Shown: positions 30,431 to 41,412 of the stretch, one piece after another
Layout of the letters: every line of letters starts with the position of its first letter
Numbering within the stretch: the stretch's first letter is position 1
Assembly: GCA_963721455.1 (NCBI GenBank)
Contig: CAVRJG010000054.1
Location: forward strand, 64,001 to 128,000
Length of the DNA: 64,000 bases
Source: an uncultured Methanosarcinaceae archaeon
GTDB taxonomy: Archaea; Halobacteriota; Methanosarcinia; Methanosarcinales; Methanosarcinaceae
Direction of reading: 5' to 3'
Program-made: the position numbers and the translations under genes
Notes under the pieces: generated by a model
Told to the model about the DNA's origin: nothing
What the model saw: the letters and a program-made list of their open reading frames with translations, nothing else
Databases searched by the model: none

Positions 30431-31435
30431 TTGAAAATCTCTATTGCTCTTTGTACCTACAACGGTGCTAAATTTTTACAGGAACAACTTGACAGTATAG
30501 CTCTTCAGACTCGAACCCCAGATGAAATGATTATTTGTGATGATCAATCAAAAGATAGTACATTAGAAATCTTAAAAAGCTTCTCATCTAAAGCTTCTTT
30601 CCCTGTTCAATTGTTTCTCAACGAAAAGAATTTGGGTTCTACCAAAAATTTTGAAAAGGCTATTGGATTATGTACGGGAGATATAATTTTCTTATCCGAT
30701 CAGGATGACGTTTGGTGTCCTGATAAATTAGAGAAAATCGAAAAACTATTTTCGAGTTCTCCTTCTACAGCAGCTATTTTTACAGATGCAGAAGTAGTAG
30801 ATGAAAATTTAAGACCTTTGGGATATACTATGTGGCAATCTATTAGATTTAATAAAAGAGAACAAAATTATTTTACTCACGGTAAATTCATAGAAGTATT
30901 GCTTAAACATAGTGTTGTAACTGGCTCAACAATGGCATTCCGTTCGGAGTTTAAGAAGTTACTTTTCCCTATTCCTGATATTTGGACTCATGATGGATGG
31001 ATCGCGTTGCTAATTGCTTTTACATCAGATCTAAATATGATCTCAGAACCCCTTATCAAATATCGTCAACATCATATGCAACAATTAGGAGCTGGTGAAA
31101 AAGCATTAAATATATATAAAAAACATAGAATAACGGATCAGTTTAGATACCTAAATCTCAGCTTTTATAATATCCAGCTTGAATGTACTAGATATATGCT
31201 GGCATATGAACAGTTAGTTAATTCTCATTTCCCTTCCATAAAGATAAATGAAATCCCGCTTCTTAAGGCCCGAGTTGCTCATTATCGCATACGTACCAAT
31301 TTGCCTGCTAGCAGAAGAAAAAGAATTCCGTTTATTTTAAAAGAACTATTGAACATGAATTATCACCGTTATTCTTACGGTTTTTATAGTTTTGGAGTGG
31401 ATCTACTTCGCGAAAATAGTGCATCAAGTAAGTGA
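30431..31435 (+). CDS. GT2 glycosyltransferase
   Basis: ISIALCTYNGAKFL.EQLDSI, CDDQSKD, FLSDQDDVW, HDGW. Confidence 0.92.
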   Translation: MKISIALCTYNGAKFLQEQLDSIALQTRTPDEMIICDDQSKDSTLEILKSFSSKASFPVQLFLNEKNLGSTKNFEKAIGLCTGDIIFLSDQDDVWCPDKLEKIEKLFSSSPSTAAIFTDAEVVDENLRPLGYTMWQSIRFNKREQNYFTHGKFIEVLLKHSVVTGSTMAFRSEFKKLLFPIPDIWTHDGWIALLIAFTSDLNMISEPLIKYRQHHMQQLGAGEKALNIYKKHRITDQFRYLNLSFYNIQLECTRYMLAYEQLVNSHFPSIKINEIPLLKARVAHYRIRTNLPASRRKRIPFILKELLNMNYHRYSYGFYSFGVDLLRENSASSK

Positions 31436-31453
31436 AATTATTTAGGAATCAAA

Positions 31454-32482
31454 ATGAATCCAAAGGTCGCCATTATAATCCTCAACTGGAACGGTTGGGA
31501 AGACACTATAGAATGTCTAGAATCTGTTTATCGGGTTACATATCCTTTATATGATATTATTGTAGTTGATAATGGTTCGAAAGACGAGTCTATAAAAAAG
31601 ATAAAAAGTTATGCTGAAGGAAAAATTCGGGTTGAATCCAAATTCTTCGATTTTTCTCAAGATAATAAACCGATATATGTGAAAGAGTATTTAAAGGATG
31701 AACTGGAATCATCAGCCTCAACAAAAGAAAATATTCTAAGTAATGTTCCAAGAAAAAACTTAATTCTTATAGAAAATGACGATAATTATGGTTTTGCTGA
31801 AGGTAACAATATTGGGATAAGATTTGCTTTAAATAAATTAAATTCTGATTTTGTGCTTTTACTTAATAACGATACAGTTGTAGATCCTCAGTTTCTGAAT
31901 GAGCTAATTAATGTAGCAGAAAATGATTCACATATAGGGATTTTGGGACCGACTGTATATGAGTATAAAAGTCCTTGTAAAATTCAATCCGCCGGCACAA
32001 AAATATATCAGAGCATAGGCGAAGCGATTAACCGGACATCACGTGGAAATAAAGCTTCTGATGAACCTGAAGAAGTCGACAGTGTAATAGGTTGTGCGTT
32101 ACTTGCGAGAAGCGAATTATTCCATAAAATAGGATATTTGAATAAAGATTACTTCGCATATTTAGAGGAAACCGAATGGTGTGTACGCGCTCATAAGGCA
32201 TCTTATAGAATAGTTTACGTGCCAAAAGGGAAGATCTGGCACAAGGGTGGAGCTACAAGCAATAAGATAACTGGTTTTTACCTCTACCATTATACAAGAA
32301 ACAAATTTTGGTTTATGAAAAAACACTCGACAAATAAACAGTATATTATTTTCTTAATTTATTTTTTCGGGTTTCGGATGTGGGTTGCTATTGTTGGTAT
32401 TTTGTATCGTCAAAAAAACACGGGAATATTTCCATCCTTTATCTCTTTCCTAAAGGGAATTAGAGATGGGATGATGAATTGA
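31454..32482 (+). CDS. GT2 glycosyltransferase (rhamnosyltransferase-like)
   Basis: IIILNWNG, VDNGSKD, GFAEGNNIG, LLNNDT, YFAYLEE. Confidence 0.9.
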   Translation: MNPKVAIIILNWNGWEDTIECLESVYRVTYPLYDIIVVDNGSKDESIKKIKSYAEGKIRVESKFFDFSQDNKPIYVKEYLKDELESSASTKENILSNVPRKNLILIENDDNYGFAEGNNIGIRFALNKLNSDFVLLLNNDTVVDPQFLNELINVAENDSHIGILGPTVYEYKSPCKIQSAGTKIYQSIGEAINRTSRGNKASDEPEEVDSVIGCALLARSELFHKIGYLNKDYFAYLEETEWCVRAHKASYRIVYVPKGKIWHKGGATSNKITGFYLYHYTRNKFWFMKKHSTNKQYIIFLIYFFGFRMWVAIVGILYRQKNTGIFPSFISFLKGIRDGMMN

Positions 32483-32522
32483 CTTTATAATCGAGTTTAT
32501 CCCAAAAGCCATTTTACTCTAT

Positions 32523-32653
32523 GAGCTCATCCCAAAACCAATTTTTGTTTTCACATCAAAAAGAGTTTCATAACCATTTTCATGATCAGAAACTCGATTG
32601 ATCATTAGAAATTTGAAATTCAGAGACGCAATATTGAGTTTTGGGATCAGCTC
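32523..32653. mobile_element. 131-bp MITE
   Basis: TIR GAGCTCATCCCAAAAC / GTTTTGGGATCAGCTC; TAT on both flanks; extra end-like fragment at 32493. Confidence 0.7.
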
Positions 32654-32730
32654 TATAATCAATAAGAGTTTCCTGGTAAAATATTTGGTTATTATTTATG
32701 GACCACCTACTTAAATCGAAAAATTATTCT

Positions 32731-33816
32731 CTAATTTTGTAAGTACTGTTTCTCAATTCTGGATGAAACTTCGTTCCAATCCATTATCGATTTCAAACCA
32801 TTTCCTTTCTCTCTTTTACCTTTCTCCAGGTCCCTTACTGCTTTCACAACTTTTTTTGCAGTAACAGGCATTTCAATCCCCACACAGGCTTTTCCGTCCA
32901 CAAACTCCTCAAGGGCACTCCCTTTTGCCACTATACATGGAGTCCCTGCAGCCAGCGACTCAGCAACGGTTATCCCATATGCTTCATGGGAAGAGAACAT
33001 GAGAAATATATCCGCATTTGCATAGCATTCAAGCAGCTCTTTCCTTGAAAGGTCTTTTAACCGTTCAACCCTTCTCTCCACTCCGAGGCTTTTTGCCATA
33101 CTGCGAAGTTCTGCTTCGTATGGCCCTTTCCCCACGACCCTCAACCGGAAATCCTGAAGTTCAGGTAAACTCTGAATAATGTACTGTACTCCTTTATACT
33201 CTTCCAGGCGGCCCACATAGAGAAGAGTTTTCTCTCTCCCGGTTTTCTCTTCTGAACTTTTTCCCAGTTGCCTCAGATTTTCAAACTCTCTGAGGTTTAT
33301 TCCGTTAGGGATTTTTACGGTTTTCGCGGCAACTTTAAAATCCGATTCTAAAAGTTTCTTTTCATACTCAGACACACATATCACGGAATCTGCCCTGGAA
33401 AATATCATCTTCCCGATAAGCCTGTACGGCTTATGTAGCAAGTTCCTGAATGCGGTATGGCCGCGCCGGTGATAATGGGGCGTAAATACAAATTTTCCGT
33501 CGCATCTGGCCAGCGATGCAAAGAATGCAGGAAGCGCATGATAGCTGTGTGCATGAATAACATCATAGTTATGTTTTTTAAGGTAAAAATAGATCTGGGG
33601 AGCAAAGTAATATGCATTTCCTGGTGCAAAAGATCCGAACCTGATGACCTTTACTCCATTTATCATATCTCTTTTATTTAATTTCCCGGTGGGATCTGTT
33701 GTTATAACCTCAACATCATGCCCTGCTTTAACCAGCCTTTCACTGATCTCTTTTACATGGGTTTCCACTCCCCCTATATCAGGGAAGTAACGGGGACAGA
33801 TCTGGGCTATTTTCAA
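32731..33816 (-). CDS. GT4 glycosyltransferase
   Basis: GGVETHV, IPNGI, YVGRLEEYKG, EAYGITVAESLAAGTP. Confidence 0.9.
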   Translation of the reverse strand: MKIAQICPRYFPDIGGVETHVKEISERLVKAGHDVEVITTDPTGKLNKRDMINGVKVIRFGSFAPGNAYYFAPQIYFYLKKHNYDVIHAHSYHALPAFFASLARCDGKFVFTPHYHRRGHTAFRNLLHKPYRLIGKMIFSRADSVICVSEYEKKLLESDFKVAAKTVKIPNGINLREFENLRQLGKSSEEKTGREKTLLYVGRLEEYKGVQYIIQSLPELQDFRLRVVGKGPYEAELRSMAKSLGVERRVERLKDLSRKELLECYANADIFLMFSSHEAYGITVAESLAAGTPCIVAKGSALEEFVDGKACVGIEMPVTAKKVVKAVRDLEKGKREKGNGLKSIMDWNEVSSRIEKQYLQN

Positions 33817-33895
33817 GGCCGAACCTCTTTTACATTGAAACTTATACGGAGTAATGCATTAGTTTAATATAAAGATAATGTGATAATTTAGGTAA

Positions 33896-35050
33896 ATGAC
33901 ATCTAACAAAAGCATCTGCATAGTCGGGCCTTCGAAACGTTTTTTAAGTGGCATCAGTTATTATACTATCCGTCTGGCAAATGCCATGTCTGCGGAAAAA
34001 TATGTCTCTGTTGTTTGCTTTCGACAGTTGCTTCCAACCTTTCTTTTCCCTGGAAAATCCCATGTAGGAAAAAACATTTCAGACCTGAATTTTTCACCCG
34101 GGATTCCTGTCTTTGACGGCATGGACTACAATAATCCGTTGACCTGGGTTCAAGCATACCGTTTTCTTAAAGTGCAAAAGCCGGATATCATAGTCTTGCA
34201 GTGGTGGACTTCTTCGGTTGCGCATATGCAGCTTCTGCTAAAAATATTTGCGGATCTTTTGCATAAACCAAAAATAATTGTAGAATTCCACGAAGTTGTG
34301 GATCCTTTTGAAGAATCAATACTTCCGATCCGTTTATATTCGAAAATGACGGGAAAATTGCTTCGTAAAAATCTTGATGCATATATCACTCATTCCGAAT
34401 CGGATAAACAACTTGTTTCGGAAAGGTATTCTATTGCCCCTGAAAAAATCCATGTCATCCCACATGGCCTTTATGATCAGTATGGAGAACTGCTCGACAT
34501 AAGAGCAGCAAGAAAAAACCTCTCAATAAACGATGAGTTTGTTATACTTTCTTTCGGTTTAATTCGAAAGTATAAGGGAATTCCCTACCTGATCAGGGCT
34601 TTTGAACAGTTTCCCTCTGAAATTCTTGAGAAAAGCAGGTTGTTGATTGTCGGGGAAATCTGGGAAGACCGCAAGGAATTACTTGATCAGATTAAGGCTT
34701 CTCCATTCAGTGATAGAATTACGCTGGTAGATGAATACGTTCCTGATGAGAAAGTAAACTTATATTTCAGCGCTGCAGATGTGGTAGTCCTGCCCTATCT
34801 GAGAGCTTCTCAGAGTGGAATTGCGCATATTGCCATGTCTTTTGGAAAACCTGTTGTTGTTTCCGAAGTAGGCGGCTTGAAAGAATCGATGGCTAACTAT
34901 GAAGGAACTTTCTTTGTTCCTCCAGGGGACGTCGATTCTATAAGGAAAGCTATTCTCAGCCAGTTCGGAGAGAGGAAGCATTACGAGGCTCCTGACCAGA
35001 AATGGGATAAAATTATAAACTGTTATATTGAATTAATACAATCTATTTGA
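33896..35050 (+). CDS. GT4 glycosyltransferase
   Basis: VIPHG, FGLIRKYKG, LPY..ASQSG, AMSFGKPVV.SEVGG. Confidence 0.9.
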   Translation: MTSNKSICIVGPSKRFLSGISYYTIRLANAMSAEKYVSVVCFRQLLPTFLFPGKSHVGKNISDLNFSPGIPVFDGMDYNNPLTWVQAYRFLKVQKPDIIVLQWWTSSVAHMQLLLKIFADLLHKPKIIVEFHEVVDPFEESILPIRLYSKMTGKLLRKNLDAYITHSESDKQLVSERYSIAPEKIHVIPHGLYDQYGELLDIRAARKNLSINDEFVILSFGLIRKYKGIPYLIRAFEQFPSEILEKSRLLIVGEIWEDRKELLDQIKASPFSDRITLVDEYVPDEKVNLYFSAADVVVLPYLRASQSGIAHIAMSFGKPVVVSEVGGLKESMANYEGTFFVPPGDVDSIRKAILSQFGERKHYEAPDQKWDKIINCYIELIQSI

Positions 35051-35107
35051 TTTTCTTTTTCGTAATTCTCTATTAATTTATAAAGTTTACTTCTTAAAGG
35101 GGTTACT

Positions 35108-37621
35108 ATGAGTTCTCAGGATCGTCCTGTATCATCATTCAAAGCTAAAATTAAATCCAGCTGGCCTTATACTCTGGCAGTTGCGATAATCGGTTTTGTA
35201 GCTCTATGGGTCAGAACACTTCCATCGGACACTGTGTTCTTGTCCAACGGGTTTGTAAAGTTCACGACCAATGACGCCTGGTACCATATGCGTACTTTAA
35301 ACGTCCTTCTTGAAAATTACCCAAGCAGGATGTTTTTCAACCCAATGACCAACTATCCTTACGGGAGTTACATCCATTTCGGCCCATTGTTCGATCAGAT
35401 GATGGCTCTTATTTCCCTTGTTCTCGGAATGGGCAATCCCGGTCCTGAACTGGTTAACACTGTAGGAGCCTATTTCCCTGCAGTCCTCGGAGCCCTTACT
35501 GTCATTCCGGTTTACTATCTGGGAAAATACCTCGGAGGCCATAAAGCCGGGATCCTGGCTGCGATTTTAATCGCGTTTGCTCCAGGGCAGTTTCTGTCCC
35601 GTTCGCTCATCGGCTTTACAGACCACCATGTTGCCGAGTCTCTATTCAGTACGCTTTTCATGATGTTTTTCATGCTTGCACTTATTTCCTCAAAGGAAAA
35701 AAGCCTGCGTTTTGAAGACGTATTTAATAAAAGATTTAATGTTGTGAAAGAGCCTCTGGTATATTCCGTTATGGCCGGCGTTATGTATTCTGCCTACCAG
35801 CTTTCATGGCCAGGAGCTTCTCTTTTCGAGTTCATTGTCCTTGCTTACGCCGTACTCCAGTACATTCTTGACAATTTCCGTAATGAGTCAAGTGATTACC
35901 TCGGGTTCACAGGTATAGTCACGTTTTTAGTAAGTGCAGTCCTTATACTTCCTTTTGTCCATTCTGATATGGGTTTTTCGCTTTATTACTATTCATGGTT
36001 CCACGTCTTTACCGCTCTTGGGGCAATGGCAGTTTTTGCGGCTTTGAGTTTCATTGAAAGGGAATTCAAAAGGAAGCAGGTAAAGGCTTATTATTACCCT
36101 CTGCTGATCTTCGGAATTGGCGCTCTTGGACTAATAGCAGCAAAAGTTGTATCTCCATCCCTTTATTCGCTGATCATAAATACTCCAAACACAGTTTTTG
36201 GAATTCAAACAGGAGGGCCTTCTACAATCCAGGAAGTTTCTTCTATATTTTACCAGGGCACAACCTTCACCCTATCGAAAGTTTTTGGAAATTTTACCGC
36301 TGCAGGATTCTGTGCTTCTCTGCTCGGAATATTTATTCTGGCTACAAACCTGTTCAGAAAACCGAGGCCTCAGGAAGTACTGGTTCTCGTCTGGAGTATT
36401 CTGATTTTGTTTGCTATTTACGGGCAGAATAGGTTTGCATACTACTATTCCATAAATGTCTCAGTCCTTAGTGCTTATTTAGGAGCTTTGTTCCTCGGAT
36501 TTGTAAAATGGAACAGGCTCGAAGAAAGCTTCAAGGCTAATGTGAAATCGCTTGAAGACATTCCTGAATTCTTGAAATCCATCAAAATATCACAGGTCTT
36601 TGCGGTCCTGATTATATTAGTTGCGTTGATTCTTCCTGAGTACAATGCAGCAATGTTATATGCAAAAGGTGCAGGAAACGAGCCCAATGGACCGTGGATG
36701 GAAGCTACTGTGTGGCTGCGCTCAAACACTCCTGATCCTGGAATGGACTACAATGCCGTTTATGAAGCTCCCAGGAACGGAGAGCTCTTCAAGTATCCTG
36801 ATACTGCATATGGTGTGATGTCCTGGTGGGATTACGGCCACTACATCGAGACAATCGGTCATCGGATGCCCAATGCAAATCCCTTCCAGGCAGGAATCGG
36901 AGGGCGCAGAGGAAGCATTAATGAAGAAAACCAGCCAGGCGCTGCAACCTTTTTCACAGCCCAATCCGAAGATGAAGCAAGTTCTGTGCTTGAAGCTATA
37001 GACCCTGCTCCTGACAAAGCCGGATCACGTTACATCATGTCTGATGAAAGGATGGCTACGGAAATATTCGGGGCGATGCCTGCGTGGACCCTTGATACCG
37101 AAGGGTACTATCAACCTTACTGGACAGGAAGGGAGTATCAGAACCTGCCTTCTGCTCGATACTACAATTCCATGGAGTCAAGGCTGCATATTCTTGACGG
37201 AAACGGCCTGAAACAGTACCGTATGGTCTACGAGACAGAAGCCTATCAAACTCAGGAAGTCGGGTATAAACAGGTTTATAATTTCCTTTTTAATGGCAAT
37301 ATCCCTGAGGTGAACACAGGTTATATCAAAATCTTCGAATACGTCAAAGGTGCAAAAATAACCGGCACTGCCCCCCCCAATGAAACCGTTAAAATAAGCG
37401 CGACAATCCTGACAGGCCAGGGAAGGACCTTTGACTACTTGCAGTCAACAACCTCGGATTCTGAAGGCAGGTATCAATTTACGGTGCCCTATTCAACAGA
37501 CGGTCCGATCCCAGGCCAGACCCGGTTCGATACCGCACCTTCAGGCCCGTATGTATTGAGTTACGGAGACACGACAAAAGAAGTGAGGATAAGTGAAGAA
37601 GCAGTGTTGAACGGAGAATAA
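35108..37621 (+). CDS. aglB: oligosaccharyltransferase AglB (STT3 family), copy 1
   Basis: NDAWYHMR, TDHH, TIQE, WWDYG motifs; TAA four codons earlier than in copy 2. Confidence 0.95.
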   Translation: MSSQDRPVSSFKAKIKSSWPYTLAVAIIGFVALWVRTLPSDTVFLSNGFVKFTTNDAWYHMRTLNVLLENYPSRMFFNPMTNYPYGSYIHFGPLFDQMMALISLVLGMGNPGPELVNTVGAYFPAVLGALTVIPVYYLGKYLGGHKAGILAAILIAFAPGQFLSRSLIGFTDHHVAESLFSTLFMMFFMLALISSKEKSLRFEDVFNKRFNVVKEPLVYSVMAGVMYSAYQLSWPGASLFEFIVLAYAVLQYILDNFRNESSDYLGFTGIVTFLVSAVLILPFVHSDMGFSLYYYSWFHVFTALGAMAVFAALSFIEREFKRKQVKAYYYPLLIFGIGALGLIAAKVVSPSLYSLIINTPNTVFGIQTGGPSTIQEVSSIFYQGTTFTLSKVFGNFTAAGFCASLLGIFILATNLFRKPRPQEVLVLVWSILILFAIYGQNRFAYYYSINVSVLSAYLGALFLGFVKWNRLEESFKANVKSLEDIPEFLKSIKISQVFAVLIILVALILPEYNAAMLYAKGAGNEPNGPWMEATVWLRSNTPDPGMDYNAVYEAPRNGELFKYPDTAYGVMSWWDYGHYIETIGHRMPNANPFQAGIGGRRGSINEENQPGAATFFTAQSEDEASSVLEAIDPAPDKAGSRYIMSDERMATEIFGAMPAWTLDTEGYYQPYWTGREYQNLPSARYYNSMESRLHILDGNGLKQYRMVYETEAYQTQEVGYKQVYNFLFNGNIPEVNTGYIKIFEYVKGAKITGTAPPNETVKISATILTGQGRTFDYLQSTTSDSEGRYQFTVPYSTDGPIPGQTRFDTAPSGPYVLSYGDTTKEVRISEEAVLNGE

Positions 37622-37644
37622 ATAAAAGTCTAAAGCAGTCATGG

Positions 37645-37690
37645 GATGTGCAGTAGAGTTCACTCCTGCACGTCTACTTTTTCCTTTATC
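37645..37690 (+). terminator. hairpin plus T-rich tract after aglB copy 1
   Basis: GATGTGCAG...CTGCACGTC stem followed by T runs. Confidence 0.4.
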
Positions 37691-38148
37691 TTTTCTACTT
37701 TTATGCAGCTTATTTTTTGAGACTTTTTCAGGAGCCTGTTACCTTTGCAGAACATTTACTTATTTCTTTTATGTATTCGCCACTTACATATACTATTATA
37801 TACTATTAAAAAAGTTATTTCATGCGTCTGGGACTTTCTCAGAACGGAATTGAAATATTGCCACGCCTTTTAGAAAACTTGTTATCGTTTCCGGGGTATG
37901 CGGCTTGAAAGAGCATGTGGCCAGGTACGAGAAACTTTTTTCCTTCAGGAAATATCGAGTCCTTTCGGAAAGCTGTCCTGACCGGCTCAGGACAAAAGAA
38001 AAATATATGAAGCTCCTTACCAGGAGCGGGATAGGGTCATAAATCATTGTATTGAATTGCTACGTCGAGTCAATATCATCTATTTGATTTTCTTCTCCCA
38101 CAAATTATATATTTCATTGCAAAAATTTACCTCTCAAAGGGGATTATT

Positions 38149-40671
38149 ATGAGTTCTCAGGATCGTCCTGTATCATCATTCAAAGCTAAAATTAAATCCA
38201 GCTGGCCTTATACTCTGGCAGTTGCGATAATCGGTTTTGTAGCTCTATGGGTCAGAACACTTCCATCGGACACTGTGTTCTTGTCCAACGGGTTTGTAAA
38301 GTTCACGACCAATGACGCCTGGTACCATATGCGTACTTTAAACGTCCTTCTTGAAAATTACCCAAGCAGGATGTTTTTCAACCCAATGACCAACTATCCT
38401 TACGGGAGTTACATCCATTTCGGCCCATTGTTCGATCAGATGATGGCTCTTATTTCCCTTGTTCTCGGAATGGGCAATCCCGGTCCTGAACTGGTTAACA
38501 CTGTAGGAGCCTATTTCCCTGCAGTCCTCGGAGCCCTTACTGTCATTCCGGTTTACTATCTGGGAAAATACCTCGGAGGCCATAAAGCCGGGATCCTGGC
38601 TGCGATTTTAATCGCGTTTGCTCCAGGGCAGTTTCTGTCCCGTTCGCTCATCGGCTTTACAGACCACCATGTTGCCGAGTCTCTATTCAGTACGCTTTTC
38701 ATGATGTTTTTCATGCTTGCACTTATTTCCTCAAAGGAAAAAAGCCTGCGTTTTGAAGACGTATTTAATAAAAGATTTAATGTTGTGAAAGAGCCTCTGG
38801 TATATTCCGTTATGGCCGGCGTTATGTATTCTGCCTACCAGCTTTCATGGCCAGGAGCTTCTCTTTTCGAGTTCATTGTCCTTGCTTACGCCGTACTCCA
38901 GTACATTCTTGACAATTTCCGTAATGAGTCAAGTGATTACCTCGGGTTCACAGGTATAGTCACGTTTTTAGTAAGTGCAGTCCTTATACTTCCCTTTGTC
39001 CATTCTGATATGGGTTTTTCGCTTTATTACTATTCATGGTTCCACGTCTTTACCGCTCTTGGGGCAATGGCAGTTTTTGCGGCTTTGAGTTTCATTGAAA
39101 GGGAATTCAAAAGGAAGCAGGTAAAGGCTTATTATTACCCTCTGCTGATCTTCGGAATTGGCGTTCTTGGACTAATAGCAGCAAAAGTTGTATCTCCATC
39201 CCTTTATTCGCTGATCATAAATACTCCAAACACAGTTTTTGGAATTCAAACAGGAGGGCCTTCTACAATTGGTGAAGTTTCTTCTATTTTTTACATTGGA
39301 AACGCCTTCACCCTATCGAAAGCTTTTAGTAATTTTACTGCTGCAGGCTTCTTTGCTTCTTTGCTTGGAATTTTTATTCTGGCTGCAAACCTGTTCAGAA
39401 AACCGAGGCCTCAGGAAGTACTGGTTCTCGTCTGGAGTGTTCTGATTTTGTTTGCTATTTACGGGCAGAATAGGTTTGCATACTACTATTCCATAAATGT
39501 CTCCGTCCTGAGTGCCTATCTGGGAGGACTGCTGCTTGAAAAAGTAAAATGGAACGAACTTGATGAGAAGTTTAAAAGTACTGTAAAGTCGCCTGCAGAT
39601 ATTCCACATATCTTTAAGTCCGTCAAAGTAGGGCAGGTCATTGCAGTTCTGGTTATAGTAATATTCCTGATTTATCCGGTATACGTATCTGCAATGCAAC
39701 AGGCAACCGGTTCAAACGAACCCAATGGGCCGTGGATGGAAGCTACTGTGTGGCTGCGCTCAAACACTCCTGATCCTGGAATGGACTACAATGCCGTTTA
39801 TGAAGCTCCCAGGGACGGAGAGCTCTTCAAGTATCCTGATACTGCATATGGTGTGATGTCCTGGTGGGATTACGGCCACTACATCGAGACAATCGGTCAT
39901 CGGATGCCCAATGCAAATCCCTTCCAGGCAGGAATCGGAGGGCGCAGAGGAAGCATTGATGAAGAAAACCAGCCAGGCGCTGCAACCTTTTTCACAGCCC
40001 AATCCGAAGATGAAGCAAGTTCTGTGCTTGAAGCTATAGACCCTGCTCCTGACAAAGCCGGATCACGTTACATCATGTCTGATGAAAGGATGGCTACGGA
40101 AATATTCGGGGCGATGCCTGCGTGGACCCTTGATACCGAAGGGTACTATCAACCTTACTGGACAGGAAGGGAGTATCAGAACCTGCCTTCTGCTCGATAC
40201 TACAATTCCATGGAGTCAAGGCTGCATATTCTTGACGGAAACGGCCTGAAACAGTACCGTATGGTCTACGAGACAGAAGCCTATCAAACTCAGGAAGTCG
40301 GGTATAAACAGGTTTATAATTTCCTTTTTAATGGCAATATCCCTGAGGTTGACACAGGTTATATCAAAATCTTCGAATATGTCAAAGGTGCAAAAATAAC
40401 CGGAACTGCCCCCCCCAATGAAACCGTTAAAATAAGCGCTACAATCCTGACAGGCCAGGGAAGAACCTTTGACTACTTGCAGTCAACAACCTCGGATTCT
40501 GAAGGCAGGTATCAATTTACAGTGCCTTATTCAACAGACGGTCCGATTCCAGGCCAGACCCGGTTCGATACCGCACCTTCAGGCCCGTATGTATTGAGTT
40601 ACGGAGACACGACAAAAGAAGTGAGGATAAGTGAAGAAGCAGTGTTAAAAGGAGAAGAAATCAAAATCTAA
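38149..40671 (+). CDS. aglB: oligosaccharyltransferase AglB (STT3 family), copy 2
   Basis: Same motifs (TIGE, WWDYG); near-identical to copy 1 outside two central blocks. Confidence 0.95.
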   Translation: MSSQDRPVSSFKAKIKSSWPYTLAVAIIGFVALWVRTLPSDTVFLSNGFVKFTTNDAWYHMRTLNVLLENYPSRMFFNPMTNYPYGSYIHFGPLFDQMMALISLVLGMGNPGPELVNTVGAYFPAVLGALTVIPVYYLGKYLGGHKAGILAAILIAFAPGQFLSRSLIGFTDHHVAESLFSTLFMMFFMLALISSKEKSLRFEDVFNKRFNVVKEPLVYSVMAGVMYSAYQLSWPGASLFEFIVLAYAVLQYILDNFRNESSDYLGFTGIVTFLVSAVLILPFVHSDMGFSLYYYSWFHVFTALGAMAVFAALSFIEREFKRKQVKAYYYPLLIFGIGVLGLIAAKVVSPSLYSLIINTPNTVFGIQTGGPSTIGEVSSIFYIGNAFTLSKAFSNFTAAGFFASLLGIFILAANLFRKPRPQEVLVLVWSVLILFAIYGQNRFAYYYSINVSVLSAYLGGLLLEKVKWNELDEKFKSTVKSPADIPHIFKSVKVGQVIAVLVIVIFLIYPVYVSAMQQATGSNEPNGPWMEATVWLRSNTPDPGMDYNAVYEAPRDGELFKYPDTAYGVMSWWDYGHYIETIGHRMPNANPFQAGIGGRRGSIDEENQPGAATFFTAQSEDEASSVLEAIDPAPDKAGSRYIMSDERMATEIFGAMPAWTLDTEGYYQPYWTGREYQNLPSARYYNSMESRLHILDGNGLKQYRMVYETEAYQTQEVGYKQVYNFLFNGNIPEVDTGYIKIFEYVKGAKITGTAPPNETVKISATILTGQGRTFDYLQSTTSDSEGRYQFTVPYSTDGPIPGQTRFDTAPSGPYVLSYGDTTKEVRISEEAVLKGEEIKI

Positions 40672-40851
40672 GACAACCGGGGAGTGCTATTCCCCATTCT
40701 CCTTGATGTTTATATTTTCTTCCTTATTTTTCTTATTTTTTGGGTTCTGTCTTTCCGAGCCTTTTGTTTGAGACGGAATTTGCAGAATATGCTTCATTTT
40801 CCCGCTACTTAGATATACTATTAAAAAAACCTATTTCGCAGGTGAAGTGCG

Positions 40852-41349
40852 ATGGAAAACCCTATCATAGGCCGAGTCTGGAAATTCGGAGACGATATCG
40901 ATACAGACGTGATCATTCCTGGAAAATACCTGCGGACCAAGGATATGCAGGTCTTTGCAGCTCATGCAATGGAAGGCATTGATCCTGAATTTGCAAAAAA
41001 GGTGAAATCGGGAGATATCATTGTAGCAGGCACCAATTTTGGCTGCGGCTCTTCAAGGGAACAGGCTCCCCTCGCTTTAAAATACGCAGGTGTAGCCTGC
41101 GTTGTCGCAAAGTCCTTTGCAAGGATCTTTTTCAGAAACGCAATCAATGTCGGCCTGCCTCTTATGGAATCCGATGTCGAGTGCCAGGAAGGAGATGAGG
41201 TTGAAGTCGATCTGCTCAAAGGCGAGGTTAGAGTTTCCGGAAAAGGCACTTTCAGGGGAAACAAACTGCCGGATTTCCTGCTCGAGATGCTTACTGATGG
41301 CGGGCTTGTAGCTCACAGGAAAAAAATTCAGAGCGAGCAGAAGAAATAA
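40852..41349 (+). CDS. hacB: homoaconitase / isopropylmalate isomerase small subunit (YLRT loop suggests homoaconitase)
   Basis: [40 protein letters not shown]. Confidence 0.8.
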   Translation: MENPIIGRVWKFGDDIDTDVIIPGKYLRTKDMQVFAAHAMEGIDPEFAKKVKSGDIIVAGTNFGCGSSREQAPLALKYAGVACVVAKSFARIFFRNAINVGLPLMESDVECQEGDEVEVDLLKGEVRVSGKGTFRGNKLPDFLLEMLTDGGLVAHRKKIQSEQKK

Positions 41350-41412
41350 CCTGATCCGGTAGATACGATAGCTAACTCAAAATTCAATAACCATTCAAAA
41401 CAATCGATACCT

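Noticed and set aside
37820-38047. 75-aa ORF between the aglB copies
   Set aside because: No recognisable motif or RBS; likely spurious.
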